This document shows positions 34,552 through 43,672 of a stretch of DNA of 45,408 nt, in pieces. The stretch is from Candidatus Pacearchaeota archaeon. GTDB lineage: Archaea > Nanobdellota > Nanobdellia > Pacearchaeales > GW2011-AR1. The stretch covers positions 1 through 45,408 of the forward strand of contig JAGLQB010000002.1 of the NCBI GenBank assembly GCA_023137045.1, read 5' to 3'. The notes beneath the pieces are model-generated. The model had not been told where the DNA came from, made no database searches, and saw only the letters and a list, made by a program, of their open reading frames with translations. The translations under genes and the position numbers were made by a program. Positions within the stretch are counted from its first letter, which is position 1, and each line of letters begins with the position of its first letter.

Positions 34552-35625
34552 ATGGCAGACACAAACCCTAATTATAGTTCTTTGAAAATAGTTTGGCATA
34601 AAAAAAAACTCGAATCTTTATTAAAGAATGAGATTACTGCACCAATAACAGTCAGAGTCAAACCTACAAATAAGTGCAACCACAATTGTTTTTATTGTGG
34701 TTATCAAAAAGATAAAGAACAAATTCTTTCTGAAACTTTTAGAAAAAAAGACGAAATTCCTAGGGAAAAAATGATGGAGATTTTAGATGATTTTAATGAT
34801 ATCGGTGTAAAAGCCGTTACTTATTCTGGAGGTGGAGAACCATTAATTTATCCTTATATTTTAGAAGCAATGAAAAAAACTATCGGTTTTGGAATAGATT
34901 TATCCATTATAACAAATGGACAAGAACTCAATGATGAAAAAGCAGAAATCTTGGCCCAATCAGAATGGGTAAGAATATCTATAGATGCTTGCAATGCTGA
35001 AACTTTTAATAGAATTAGAAAGAAACCCCAAAAGTGGTTTTATGAAATTAGGGATAATATTAAAAATTTTTCAAAAATAAAAAAACAAGATTGCGAATTA
35101 GGAATTAATTTTGTTGTTAATCATTTGAATGCTTCTTCAGTCTATGAAGCCACAAAATACTTTAAACAATTGGGAATAAATCATATAAAATTTACACCGA
35201 GATGGTTACAGACAAATTTTCATGCATATCATCAGCCATTTAAACAATCAGTAATAGAGCAGATTTCTCAAGCAAGAGAACTTGAAGAAGCAAATTTTCA
35301 GGTATATGACACTTATGAGAATGATTTTAAATTTGCTGGAGTTAAAGAAAGAAGTTACCAAAGATGTTTTTTTATGGAAATTACTCCAGTTATTGGGGCA
35401 GATTGCAATATCTATGATTGTCATGATAGGGCTTACACATTGGACGGAAAAATTGGTTCAATACAAGATAAATCTTTCAAACAAGTTTGGTTTAGTGAAA
35501 AGACCGCAAACAGATTTAAGAGTTTTAATCCGATTGAAAGATGTAAACATCATTGTACTTATGATGCGAGAAATCTCTTAGTAGAAAATATTTTAAAATG
35601 CAGCAAAAGCAAAAATTACCCCTGA
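34552..35625 (+). CDS. Radical SAM enzyme with Cys-rich C-terminal region, non-B12 type B (paralogue of 32334-33392)
   Basis: PTNKCNHNCFYCGY, YSGGGEPLI, IITNG and RISIDA, with C-terminal DCNIYDC...CKHHC. It is collinear with the other non-B12 rSAM. Confidence 0.8.
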   Translation: MADTNPNYSSLKIVWHKKKLESLLKNEITAPITVRVKPTNKCNHNCFYCGYQKDKEQILSETFRKKDEIPREKMMEILDDFNDIGVKAVTYSGGGEPLIYPYILEAMKKTIGFGIDLSIITNGQELNDEKAEILAQSEWVRISIDACNAETFNRIRKKPQKWFYEIRDNIKNFSKIKKQDCELGINFVVNHLNASSVYEATKYFKQLGINHIKFTPRWLQTNFHAYHQPFKQSVIEQISQARELEEANFQVYDTYENDFKFAGVKERSYQRCFFMEITPVIGADCNIYDCHDRAYTLDGKIGSIQDKSFKQVWFSEKTANRFKSFNPIERCKHHCTYDARNLLVENILKCSKSKNYP

Positions 35626-36278
35626 TGGAAAAAATAGATTTATTACAACGACCACAAATAAAGAGAAATTTTGATCCAAATTGGAGAAAAGAAAAAAATA
35701 GAATTCTCGCAAAAAAATTTGATAAAGAATTTTTTGATGGCAAAAGAGTTAATGGTTATGGGGGTTATGTTTATGATGGGAGGTGGATAGGTGTTGCACA
35801 AAGATTAAAAAAAATCTACAAATTAAATGAAAAGAGTTCTTTCTTAGATATCGGATGCGGAAAGGGTTTCCTTTTATATGACTTAAAAGAGATTATTCCT
35901 AGAATAAATATTTCTGGGATTGATATTTCAAAATATGCTATTGAAAATGGGATGGAAGAAATAAAACCATACTTATCTATTGGGAGTGCAGAAAACCTTC
36001 CATATGCAACTAACTCTTTTGATTTTGTTTTTTCATCAGATACTATCCATAATCTGCCAAGAAAAAAATGTAAAAAAGCACTCCAAGAGATGGTAAGGGT
36101 TTGTAAATCTGAAGGAAATATGTTTATCCAAATTGATGCGTATACAACTAGAGAGGAAAAAATGGATTTGGATGCTTGGAACTTAACTGCCTTGACATAT
36201 ATGCATGTTGATAAATGGTTGGATTTTTTTAAAGAAGTTGGATATAAAGGAGACTATTTTTGGACAATAATGAGATAA
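35598..36278 (+). CDS. Class I SAM-dependent methyltransferase
   Basis: FLDIGCGKGFLLYDL (motif I) and FDFVFSSDTIHNL. The alternative start at 35625 forms a TGATG junction with the upstream rSAM gene. Confidence 0.75.
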   Translation: MQQKQKLPLMEKIDLLQRPQIKRNFDPNWRKEKNRILAKKFDKEFFDGKRVNGYGGYVYDGRWIGVAQRLKKIYKLNEKSSFLDIGCGKGFLLYDLKEIIPRINISGIDISKYAIENGMEEIKPYLSIGSAENLPYATNSFDFVFSSDTIHNLPRKKCKKALQEMVRVCKSEGNMFIQIDAYTTREEKMDLDAWNLTALTYMHVDKWLDFFKEVGYKGDYFWTIMR

Positions 36279-37469
36279 TTAGAGATAATTATTTGAATTC
36301 TTTGATTTAATGCATTTCTCGAAAAAGTCTTCTAATCTTGGTAAATTTTTTTCTATATTGTAGTCTTCTCTCGCTCCAATTACTTTTTTCTCTAATTTTT
36401 TATAGTTTATTTTTTTTAGTTTTAATCTTAAATTATTAAGGTCTTTTTTGGAAACACCTAAATTTATTTTATACTTTTTTAAAATTTTATCTTGATACTC
36501 TAATAGAGAACTCCAATAGATAAGGGGTATCCCTGCTTCTAGATATGAAGCCATTTTATTTGAAGTACAAGTAGTAACTATTTCTTTATTCAATATTTTA
36601 AGATCATACATAGGAAAACTGTACCCAAAGTCATATTTAGAAATTTCTTTAACAATTTCAGTCGGTCCTAATGGCTTATGCAAATGAAAATATCTATTTT
36701 TTAATAATGCCTTATATTTTTTAGAATGTTTGATAGAATTATACTGCCCACTGTAAATATGTAAATGCATTTTTTGTTTTAATAATATTGTACTTATGGA
36801 GTCTTTGTCTGATTCTAAATCAGATGAAGCTAAGCTTCCCATACTGCCAACATAAACCAAATGTATCTCTTTATCTTTTTTAGATAATTTATTTTTATTT
36901 ATTGGAACTACAAACTCTTTAGAACAGTAAGGAGGAAAACTTATTACTGGGCATTTAATCTTAATTTTTTTCTTTACAAATTCATACTCTCCTCCTTTAA
37001 AGATTATCCCGTCAGAGTTTTCAAATAAATATTTCTCAGCTTTTAATTCAAAAATTGGAATTCCTGCTTTTTTATAATCTTCTTTTTTTCTATACTTTAA
37101 AGCATTTACATCGTAAGGGAAAAAAATAAAAGGGATATTTTTTATAATTTTTCTTGTTAAAGCAGGTAACCATAAGGGGTAAGGTGCAGCTGTTCCTATA
37201 ACTACATAAGGATTTAATTTTTTTATTTCAAATATTTTTCTTAGAATTTGTGGACTTTTTTTTATTAGATTTATCCCATTTTTAATATTTATACTAAATG
37301 AGTCTAAATTCAAATCTATGATTTTATCATAAGCTGATTTATAAAAATCTTTATTGAACTTTAAGAAACTAATCAAAACTATTTCGTATCCTTTTTCTTT
37401 TAATGCTCTGGCCCTCTTAAAACCAACTATATTCGGGCTTGCTTCAACAAAAACTATCTGTTTTTTCAT
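36279..37469 (-). CDS. Hypothetical protein, two-Rossmann (GT-B-like) architecture; possible glycosyl- or phospho-transferase
   Basis: 396 aa. The N-terminal beta-alpha-beta region (IVFVEASPNIVGFKRARALKEKGYEIVLI) and the C-terminal half (HLVYVGSMG..., NKMASYLEAGIPLIYW) recall GT-B enzymes. No catalytic motif could be confirmed. Confidence 0.35.
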   Translation of the reverse strand: MKKQIVFVEASPNIVGFKRARALKEKGYEIVLISFLKFNKDFYKSAYDKIIDLNLDSFSINIKNGINLIKKSPQILRKIFEIKKLNPYVVIGTAAPYPLWLPALTRKIIKNIPFIFFPYDVNALKYRKKEDYKKAGIPIFELKAEKYLFENSDGIIFKGGEYEFVKKKIKIKCPVISFPPYCSKEFVVPINKNKLSKKDKEIHLVYVGSMGSLASSDLESDKDSISTILLKQKMHLHIYSGQYNSIKHSKKYKALLKNRYFHLHKPLGPTEIVKEISKYDFGYSFPMYDLKILNKEIVTTCTSNKMASYLEAGIPLIYWSSLLEYQDKILKKYKINLGVSKKDLNNLRLKLKKINYKKLEKKVIGAREDYNIEKNLPRLEDFFEKCIKSKNSNNYL

Positions 37470-37470
37470 C

Positions 37471-39072
37471 TTAAAAATTATGTCTGATTTTAGAATAATA
37501 TTTTTTAAAAATACTTAGTATTGGATAATAATTATTCTCTACTTTTTTAAGAAAACTCACCATGCGATAACGCATTTTACATTCCCTGCACATAATAAAA
37601 TAACTGTAAAGTAATCTATTTTTAATGCAAAAATTTTTATACAATATTTCCTTTTTACAATAAGGGCATTTAATCTTCACTTCATAATTATTTTCTTTAA
37701 TTTTCTTTACTGATAAGGGAATTATGTATTTACGATATTTTCTTTGTGCTTTAAAGATTTCATGTTTAACAATCTCAAATTCTTTATCAGTCATACTATT
37801 AGTCATATTCTCCCAAATGCCTGAATACATCTTATTTGCTATAAAGTCTAATTTGTTTTTTATTATTCTTTTTTCTATACAATGCTCATAAATAGAACTT
37901 TTTGGGTATGGTTGGATAAAATATAACGAAACTTGGCCCTTACATTTTTTCTTCCAATAATCAAGTGTTTCGTAAGCAGTTTCTCTGGTTTCTGCAATAT
38001 CTCCAAAAATAAAATTTGCTTGAATACCCATCTTAAACTCAAAAGACAGATTAATCACTTTATCAATTTGTTGAGGTGTTATTGGTTTTTTCATACTTTT
38101 AAGAATTGTCGAACTCATACTTTCAAATCCCCAACTTACTATTTCACATCCAGCTTCTTTTATTGTTTTAAACATTTCTCTATCTGCATTTATTACAGAT
38201 AATTGGCAACTCCATTTAAGTTTTTGTTTAGTTTCTCTTTGAAGTTTTTTAATTTCTCGACAAAATTCATATAATCTTTTTTTATTAATTGAGAATAAAT
38301 CATCATAAAGAAGAAGACAATTGATTTTATAATTTTTTATGGCCATTTTAATTTCTTCTATAATATTTTTAATAGATCTTATTCTATGTTTATCTCCAAG
38401 AACATGATAACAAAAAGTGCAGTTGAAAGGACATCCCCTACTCCCAAGTATTGAATAAGATTTAGGATTATCAAGTAAATTATTAACAAAATGTTCATTT
38501 GTGTGCATATTATTAATTTGTTCTTTAATTCCGAAATTCTCAAAATTTGGGAAAGGTATAGAATCAAGATTAGTTATTAAAGTCCGTTTATTAGTAGAGC
38601 AAACTTTGTTTTCCTCAAAGAATATGATTCCATCAACTTTTTCTAAATTTCCTTTTTTTTCTAAACATTTCAAAAGTTCTATTATGGTTACTTCCCCTTC
38701 TCCGATTATCCCAAAGTCGGGTTTTAATGAATTAAACATTAATGTTGGTTCACTTGTTATTATAGCCCCCCCTAAGATTATTTTTGGTTTTGATACATGA
38801 GAACGAACAGAGTCTATAATTTCTTTAACTACATTATAACCAATTCCAGAATGTCCTGTTAAAATAAAATCATATCGTTTTTTATCTAAAAAATTCTTTA
38901 TTATATTTTTGATAGTTCCATCATGATGATTCAAATTTAAAATATCTGGATTATGCCCTTCTTTTTTTAAAACAGCAGAAATATAACCCAATCCTAATGG
39001 AAATGTATAATTATAATCAATTTTATTTGTATTATTATATCTTGGAACAATCAACAGCAATCTCATTTTCAT
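37471..39072 (-). CDS. Cobalamin-binding-domain radical SAM enzyme (class B) #3 with C-terminal zinc-ribbon tail
   Basis: B12-like N-domain (LLLIVPR...FPLGLGYISAVLKKEGHNPDILN...GGAIITS), then SRGCPFNCTFCYH, LYDDLF and WGFESM. The C-terminus has CPYCKK-x19-CRECK. Confidence 0.85.
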   Translation of the reverse strand: MKMRLLLIVPRYNNTNKIDYNYTFPLGLGYISAVLKKEGHNPDILNLNHHDGTIKNIIKNFLDKKRYDFILTGHSGIGYNVVKEIIDSVRSHVSKPKIILGGAIITSEPTLMFNSLKPDFGIIGEGEVTIIELLKCLEKKGNLEKVDGIIFFEENKVCSTNKRTLITNLDSIPFPNFENFGIKEQINNMHTNEHFVNNLLDNPKSYSILGSRGCPFNCTFCYHVLGDKHRIRSIKNIIEEIKMAIKNYKINCLLLYDDLFSINKKRLYEFCREIKKLQRETKQKLKWSCQLSVINADREMFKTIKEAGCEIVSWGFESMSSTILKSMKKPITPQQIDKVINLSFEFKMGIQANFIFGDIAETRETAYETLDYWKKKCKGQVSLYFIQPYPKSSIYEHCIEKRIIKNKLDFIANKMYSGIWENMTNSMTDKEFEIVKHEIFKAQRKYRKYIIPLSVKKIKENNYEVKIKCPYCKKEILYKNFCIKNRLLYSYFIMCRECKMRYRMVSFLKKVENNYYPILSIFKKYYSKIRHNF

Positions 39073-39083
39073 ATTAATATTCT

Positions 39084-41378
39084 TTAATCAATTCCCCCAA
39101 CTTTTCTTAAAATTTCCTCTATCTCTTTTTCATCCATTCTTTTTGTTATATCTGAAGTGAATGGCCTATATGGAGAGCGATTTAATCCTTGATTACTATG
39201 AAGTTTAATTATAAATTTTCCATCTTTTTCCATTGTATCTTTACATTCAAAATCTGCAATTAAGCACTCATCTTTTTTTTCTCCGGGTCTCTCGCCAATA
39301 ACTTTTACTGGAACTTTCCCTCTACTCACAACCTTAGCCACATCTCCAATAAGGGCAGCATCCATTTTTGTTGAAATTATCTCTTCTTCATTTCCATTAC
39401 ATAACGCATAGAAAATTAAGTCTATGGAATCATCCAAAGTAAATAAAAATCGTGTCATGTTTGGATCTGTAACCCCTATCTCTGTATTTCTTTCATATTT
39501 TTCTTTCCATTTTGGAATTACAGAACCAGTAGTCATCAACACATTTCCATACCTTACAGTCAGAAATTTTGTTTTTAAATCTCCTTTTGTCCTTGCTGCT
39601 TCACAGAAAAGTCTTTCCATGAGAGATTTACTCATACCATACACATTTATCGGAGCACAAGCTTTGTCTGTGGAAATTGCCAAACAAATCTTTACATTTT
39701 TTTCATCTTTGACAGCATTAATCACATTCATAGAACCTATAACATTTGTTTTCAAACATTCCATAACTTGGTCTTCAGCAATATCCACATACTTAAATGC
39801 AGCAGCATGTATTACAATATCAACTTCTCTTACCGCATCTCTTATTGAGTGATAGTCTTTTATATCTCCTATAAGGTACCCCATTTTGTTATGCCCATGT
39901 CTTTTTTTAACTTTGTCCTGTTTTTCTTCATCTCGATTGAAGATTATTATTTTTTTAGGATCATATTCAAGAAATCTTTTAATAAGAGCTCGCCCTAAAG
40001 CACCTGCTCCCCCTGTAATAAGGATTGTTTTGTCTTTGATTATTTCTTTAATTTTTTCTATCTCTGTTTCATTCTGATTTAGATTAGTATCAAAAAATAA
40101 GGGGTTATCTCTTCCGATTGTGTGGCTTGCAGGTTTATATTTAGCCACTATTCTCTCCCTCTCTTTTAATAATTGCTCAGAAGATAAAGCTTTTGTTCTG
40201 ATTTTTGATTCTGTTTTTCCCCCTGCATGTATGTATGCAAATGCCTCCCCTTCCATAAAAATATCCAAATCTGGATTGCCTTTATCTAGTCCCTCTCTTA
40301 TCGCTGTCCCTTTAAATGGCGCATAAACAGCTATTTGAAAATCATCTATCCCACTTTCACGAATGAATTTCTCTGTTTCTTTGATAGTTTCCATTGTTTC
40401 TCCAGGGAGACCAAGCATGAAAAAAGCTCTAACTCTTATTCCTCGTTCTTTCATCAATCTCACAAAATTGTAATTTTGTTCAACAGTTGTTTGTTTTTTA
40501 ACATTATCTAATATTTTTTGGCTCCCTGATTCTGCTCCAAATCCTATCTCTACACATCCTGTATTAGCCAACAAATCTGCAAATTCCTCATCCATAAACT
40601 TTGCATGCCCATTGCATTTGTAAGTTATTCCTCTTTTTTTTAGTTCTTCTACATAAGGTTTCACACTGTTCAATGAAAGAGTAAATAAATCATCAATTAT
40701 ATAAATTCCATTAAAACCTAATGCTTCTATATCATCAAACTCTTTTTTTGCATTTTCAAGAGAGGTTTTTCTTATCGGAGTATTAGAATTCTCACAAAAA
40801 GTACATTGCATTGGGCATCCCCTACCACTTAAAAAAGTTGTTGCTTTTCGTTTATCTTTACCAAAAGTATGGGTATATGATCTCATTAAATTTGAAAATC
40901 CCAATCTATCTGGCCGAGGCATTGAATCATAATCTTCACCATTTTTTATGATATCAAATAAAATTCTTTGATTAGCTCTACCTTCAACTATTTCAAGCAA
41001 AGATCTTTCCCCGTCCCCTGTTATAATATAATCCCAAGGTTCTTCTTTAATCTCATTAAGGTAAAAATGTGCATGAGGACCTCCTGCCACAATGATTTGC
41101 TGTTTTTGGGTTTTTAATTCTGTTTTTAAATAATTCAATAATTTGCTTGCTTGCTGTTTTTGAGGAGTCATTATACTAACTCCAATAACATCATAGATAG
41201 AATAATCAATTATTTTTTGTTCTTGAGAATCATTAAAAGCATCTTCTATATCTACATGATGTCCATGTTTTTTCAGATTTGCTGCAAGATATAGTAATCC
41301 CATTGGCGGATAAATTCTGTCATTATCTAAAAAAGGACTCCTTAAACTTACCAACAGGACTCTTTTGTTTTTTTCCAT
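39084..41378 (-). CDS. Fusion protein: class B (cobalamin-domain) radical SAM enzyme #4 + CapD/PseB/FlaA1-type nucleotide-sugar 4,6-dehydratase
   Basis: Residues 1-~425 (nt ~40100-41378): PPMGLLYLAANLKKHGHHVDIED, GGPHA, GRGCPMQCTFC, IIDDLF and FGAESG. Residues ~450-764 (nt 39087-~40031): ILITGGAGALGRA, NRDEEKQ, HAAAFKYVDIAE, TNVIGSMNV, STDKACAPINVYGMSKSLME and RYGNVL. Confidence 0.85.
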   Translation of the reverse strand: MEKNKRVLLVSLRSPFLDNDRIYPPMGLLYLAANLKKHGHHVDIEDAFNDSQEQKIIDYSIYDVIGVSIMTPQKQQASKLLNYLKTELKTQKQQIIVAGGPHAHFYLNEIKEEPWDYIITGDGERSLLEIVEGRANQRILFDIIKNGEDYDSMPRPDRLGFSNLMRSYTHTFGKDKRKATTFLSGRGCPMQCTFCENSNTPIRKTSLENAKKEFDDIEALGFNGIYIIDDLFTLSLNSVKPYVEELKKRGITYKCNGHAKFMDEEFADLLANTGCVEIGFGAESGSQKILDNVKKQTTVEQNYNFVRLMKERGIRVRAFFMLGLPGETMETIKETEKFIRESGIDDFQIAVYAPFKGTAIREGLDKGNPDLDIFMEGEAFAYIHAGGKTESKIRTKALSSEQLLKERERIVAKYKPASHTIGRDNPLFFDTNLNQNETEIEKIKEIIKDKTILITGGAGALGRALIKRFLEYDPKKIIIFNRDEEKQDKVKKRHGHNKMGYLIGDIKDYHSIRDAVREVDIVIHAAAFKYVDIAEDQVMECLKTNVIGSMNVINAVKDEKNVKICLAISTDKACAPINVYGMSKSLMERLFCEAARTKGDLKTKFLTVRYGNVLMTTGSVIPKWKEKYERNTEIGVTDPNMTRFLFTLDDSIDLIFYALCNGNEEEIISTKMDAALIGDVAKVVSRGKVPVKVIGERPGEKKDECLIADFECKDTMEKDGKFIIKLHSNQGLNRSPYRPFTSDITKRMDEKEIEEILRKVGGID

Positions 41379-41478
41379 TTTAATTTTGTTATTCTTATAA
41401 TATATAAGGATTTTGTTTCTATATTATCACTTTATTGTTGGTAGAAAGTTATAAAATACTTATATTCGAATCTTATAT

Positions 41479-42417
41479 ATGAGAGAATTAACTAAAAAAG
41501 ATACCATTCTAATAACTGGGGGAAGTGGATTACTTGGTTCAAACTTAGCAGTTTTTTTGGGAGATAAATTTAATGTTTACTTTTTGTACAATAAAAATTT
41601 TGTGAAATTGCCAAATTGTGAAGGAATTAAAATCGATTTGACTAATTTTGAAGAAACAAAAAAATTAATATTAAAAGTTAAGCCAAAAATTATAATTCAT
41701 TGTGCAGCATTAACAAATGTTGATTATTGTGAAGAAAAACCCCATGAAGCAGAGTTAATCAACTCGCAAACAACAAAAAATCTAGCAGAAATTTCGAAAC
41801 AGATTAATAGCAAACTAATTTATATCTCTACAGATTCTGTTTTTGACGGAGAGAAGGGAGATTATTCCGAAGAAGATAAGCCAAATCCAATTAATGTTTA
41901 TGGTAAAACAAAACTAAATGGAGAGAATTATGTTAAAAGTATATGTAAAAATTATACTATAATCAGAACTAATATCTATGGGTGGAATATTCGTGATAAG
42001 TTTAGTTTAGCAGAATGGATTCTAAACAAATTGAAAAAAAATGAAACATTTTTCGGATTTGAAGATATACAATTCACTCCACTTTTGGTGAATAATTTAG
42101 GAAGAATTATTTTCGAAATTTGTATAAAAGATATTAAAGGATTATACCACATTGCAGGTCCAGAAAAATGTTCTAAATTTGATTTCGCGAAAATAATTGC
42201 TGAAGTTTTTTGTCTTAATAAGGATGTGATTAAACTGGGTAACTCTGATTTGGTTAATTTTAAAGCACCAAGACCAAAAAACATAAGTTTAGATACTGAA
42301 AAAATTCAAAATATTTTAAAAACTAATCTTTTTGGGGTTAGAAGAGGATTAGAGGAATTTAAATTTCTTAATGAGAAGGGGTTTGTAAAAATGTTAAAAA
42401 AAGGAGCAGAAATTTAA
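41479..42417 (+). CDS. RmlD-like NAD(P)-dependent sugar 4-ketoreductase (SDR), second copy
   Basis: ILITGGSGLLGSN, HCAALTNVDYCE, STDSVFDG.KGDYSEED and PINVYGKTKLNGE (YxxxK). It is divergent from the rSAM-dehydratase fusion. Confidence 0.75.
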   Translation: MRELTKKDTILITGGSGLLGSNLAVFLGDKFNVYFLYNKNFVKLPNCEGIKIDLTNFEETKKLILKVKPKIIIHCAALTNVDYCEEKPHEAELINSQTTKNLAEISKQINSKLIYISTDSVFDGEKGDYSEEDKPNPINVYGKTKLNGENYVKSICKNYTIIRTNIYGWNIRDKFSLAEWILNKLKKNETFFGFEDIQFTPLLVNNLGRIIFEICIKDIKGLYHIAGPEKCSKFDFAKIIAEVFCLNKDVIKLGNSDLVNFKAPRPKNISLDTEKIQNILKTNLFGVRRGLEEFKFLNEKGFVKMLKKGAEI

Positions 42418-43559
42418 AAAGAAATCCCATCAAATATCTTTTTTAATTTTTTATTCCTAGCCTCAATTGAAAATTCTTTTTCATATTTTTTCCTAGATTC
42501 TTCCCCCATTTTAGTTCTTAAAGAAGGATTTTCCATTAAAATAGAAATATACTCTACAATTTGATTTACCATGCTTTGTGAATTATTTTTATAAATAAAC
42601 TCTGCAAAATTCGTGAAATCATTTGAACTCGGTCCACCATGTTCATACTTTCCTTTCTTTCGCACATTTATTAAAAAACCATTTTTGTCGACTGCATCAG
42701 GTAATCCAAACATATCTGTACCAATTATGGGTAGTCCAGATCCCATTGCTTCAACAAAAGTCATTCCCAATCCAAAATAATTTGGTGCCAAAAAAATATC
42801 ACTTTTAGCGTATATTTTGAGTAATTTGTCTCTGCTTATTAAGGAACAAATTTGAAGTCTGTCTATATTTGTATCAATATCTTTCGGAATATTTGAAAAT
42901 ATTGTTAATTTTATGTTTTGGTATTTTTTGCTTAATATTTTAAATGCTGCTATTGCTTCTCTCCCACCCTTTAAATTGAATATCTTGGGATCTGTTTGAT
43001 GTGATGTTCCGACAAAGATCATATTCACAAATTTGGAGTCTTTTTTTGTTTCTATTTTCGGAATATCTGAAGCAAAGTGAACAACTTCTATTTTATCTTT
43101 AAAAGATGAGACATTAAACTCTTTTTCAATGTTCTTTTTGCCAAATTCAGTAAAGGGCATAATTTTTTTACAATATTTTGAAGATAAAGTTCTCTCTATC
43201 TCTTTTTTCCTCTTTTTCAACAAAGTTCTGTTATTCCCTGCTAAGCATATAGCCTCTTCTAAGTCACACACCCAAGGGAATTTTTTTGTCATCATCACAT
43301 TCGGAGAATATGCAAAATCGACATTTTTTGGGATATTAACAAATTTCTCACTTAATTGTAAGGGGCTTATAATTTTACGCAAAAGATTTTTGTATACAAA
43401 ATTAATAATTTTATTTTTTTTTAATGTGTTAATTTTGTGGAGATCAATCTTGTTTTTTTCAACCACAAATCTATAACCTTCTGGGGGATTTTTTATTAAA
43501 TCTTTCCAAATAGCATGGAGATTACTTGAGGGTATGTTAAAAAGTATTTTTTTAACCAT
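42414..43559 (-). CDS. GT4-family (GT-B) glycosyltransferase
   Basis: The C-terminal half has FLAPNYFGLGMTFVEAMGSGLPIIGTDMFGLPD (an EX7E-like motif region). Confidence 0.75.
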   Translation of the reverse strand: MVKKILFNIPSSNLHAIWKDLIKNPPEGYRFVVEKNKIDLHKINTLKKNKIINFVYKNLLRKIISPLQLSEKFVNIPKNVDFAYSPNVMMTKKFPWVCDLEEAICLAGNNRTLLKKRKKEIERTLSSKYCKKIMPFTEFGKKNIEKEFNVSSFKDKIEVVHFASDIPKIETKKDSKFVNMIFVGTSHQTDPKIFNLKGGREAIAAFKILSKKYQNIKLTIFSNIPKDIDTNIDRLQICSLISRDKLLKIYAKSDIFLAPNYFGLGMTFVEAMGSGLPIIGTDMFGLPDAVDKNGFLINVRKKGKYEHGGPSSNDFTNFAEFIYKNNSQSMVNQIVEYISILMENPSLRTKMGEESRKKYEKEFSIEARNKKLKKIFDGISF

Positions 43560-43672
43560 ATCAATTTCTAGAAAAAAGTATTTATATACTTTTATGAGAT
43601 TTTTTTAGATTTTCCCAAACAAATTTGCTTATTTTTTAAATCTCAATTTATCACTTTTTAATATCCCATGTT

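Noticed and set aside
35282-35743. ORFs 35282-35581 (+) and 35525-35743 (-) at the rSAM/methyltransferase junction
   Set aside because: These are alternative-frame or antisense ORFs within two well-supported genes, with no independent start context or motifs.
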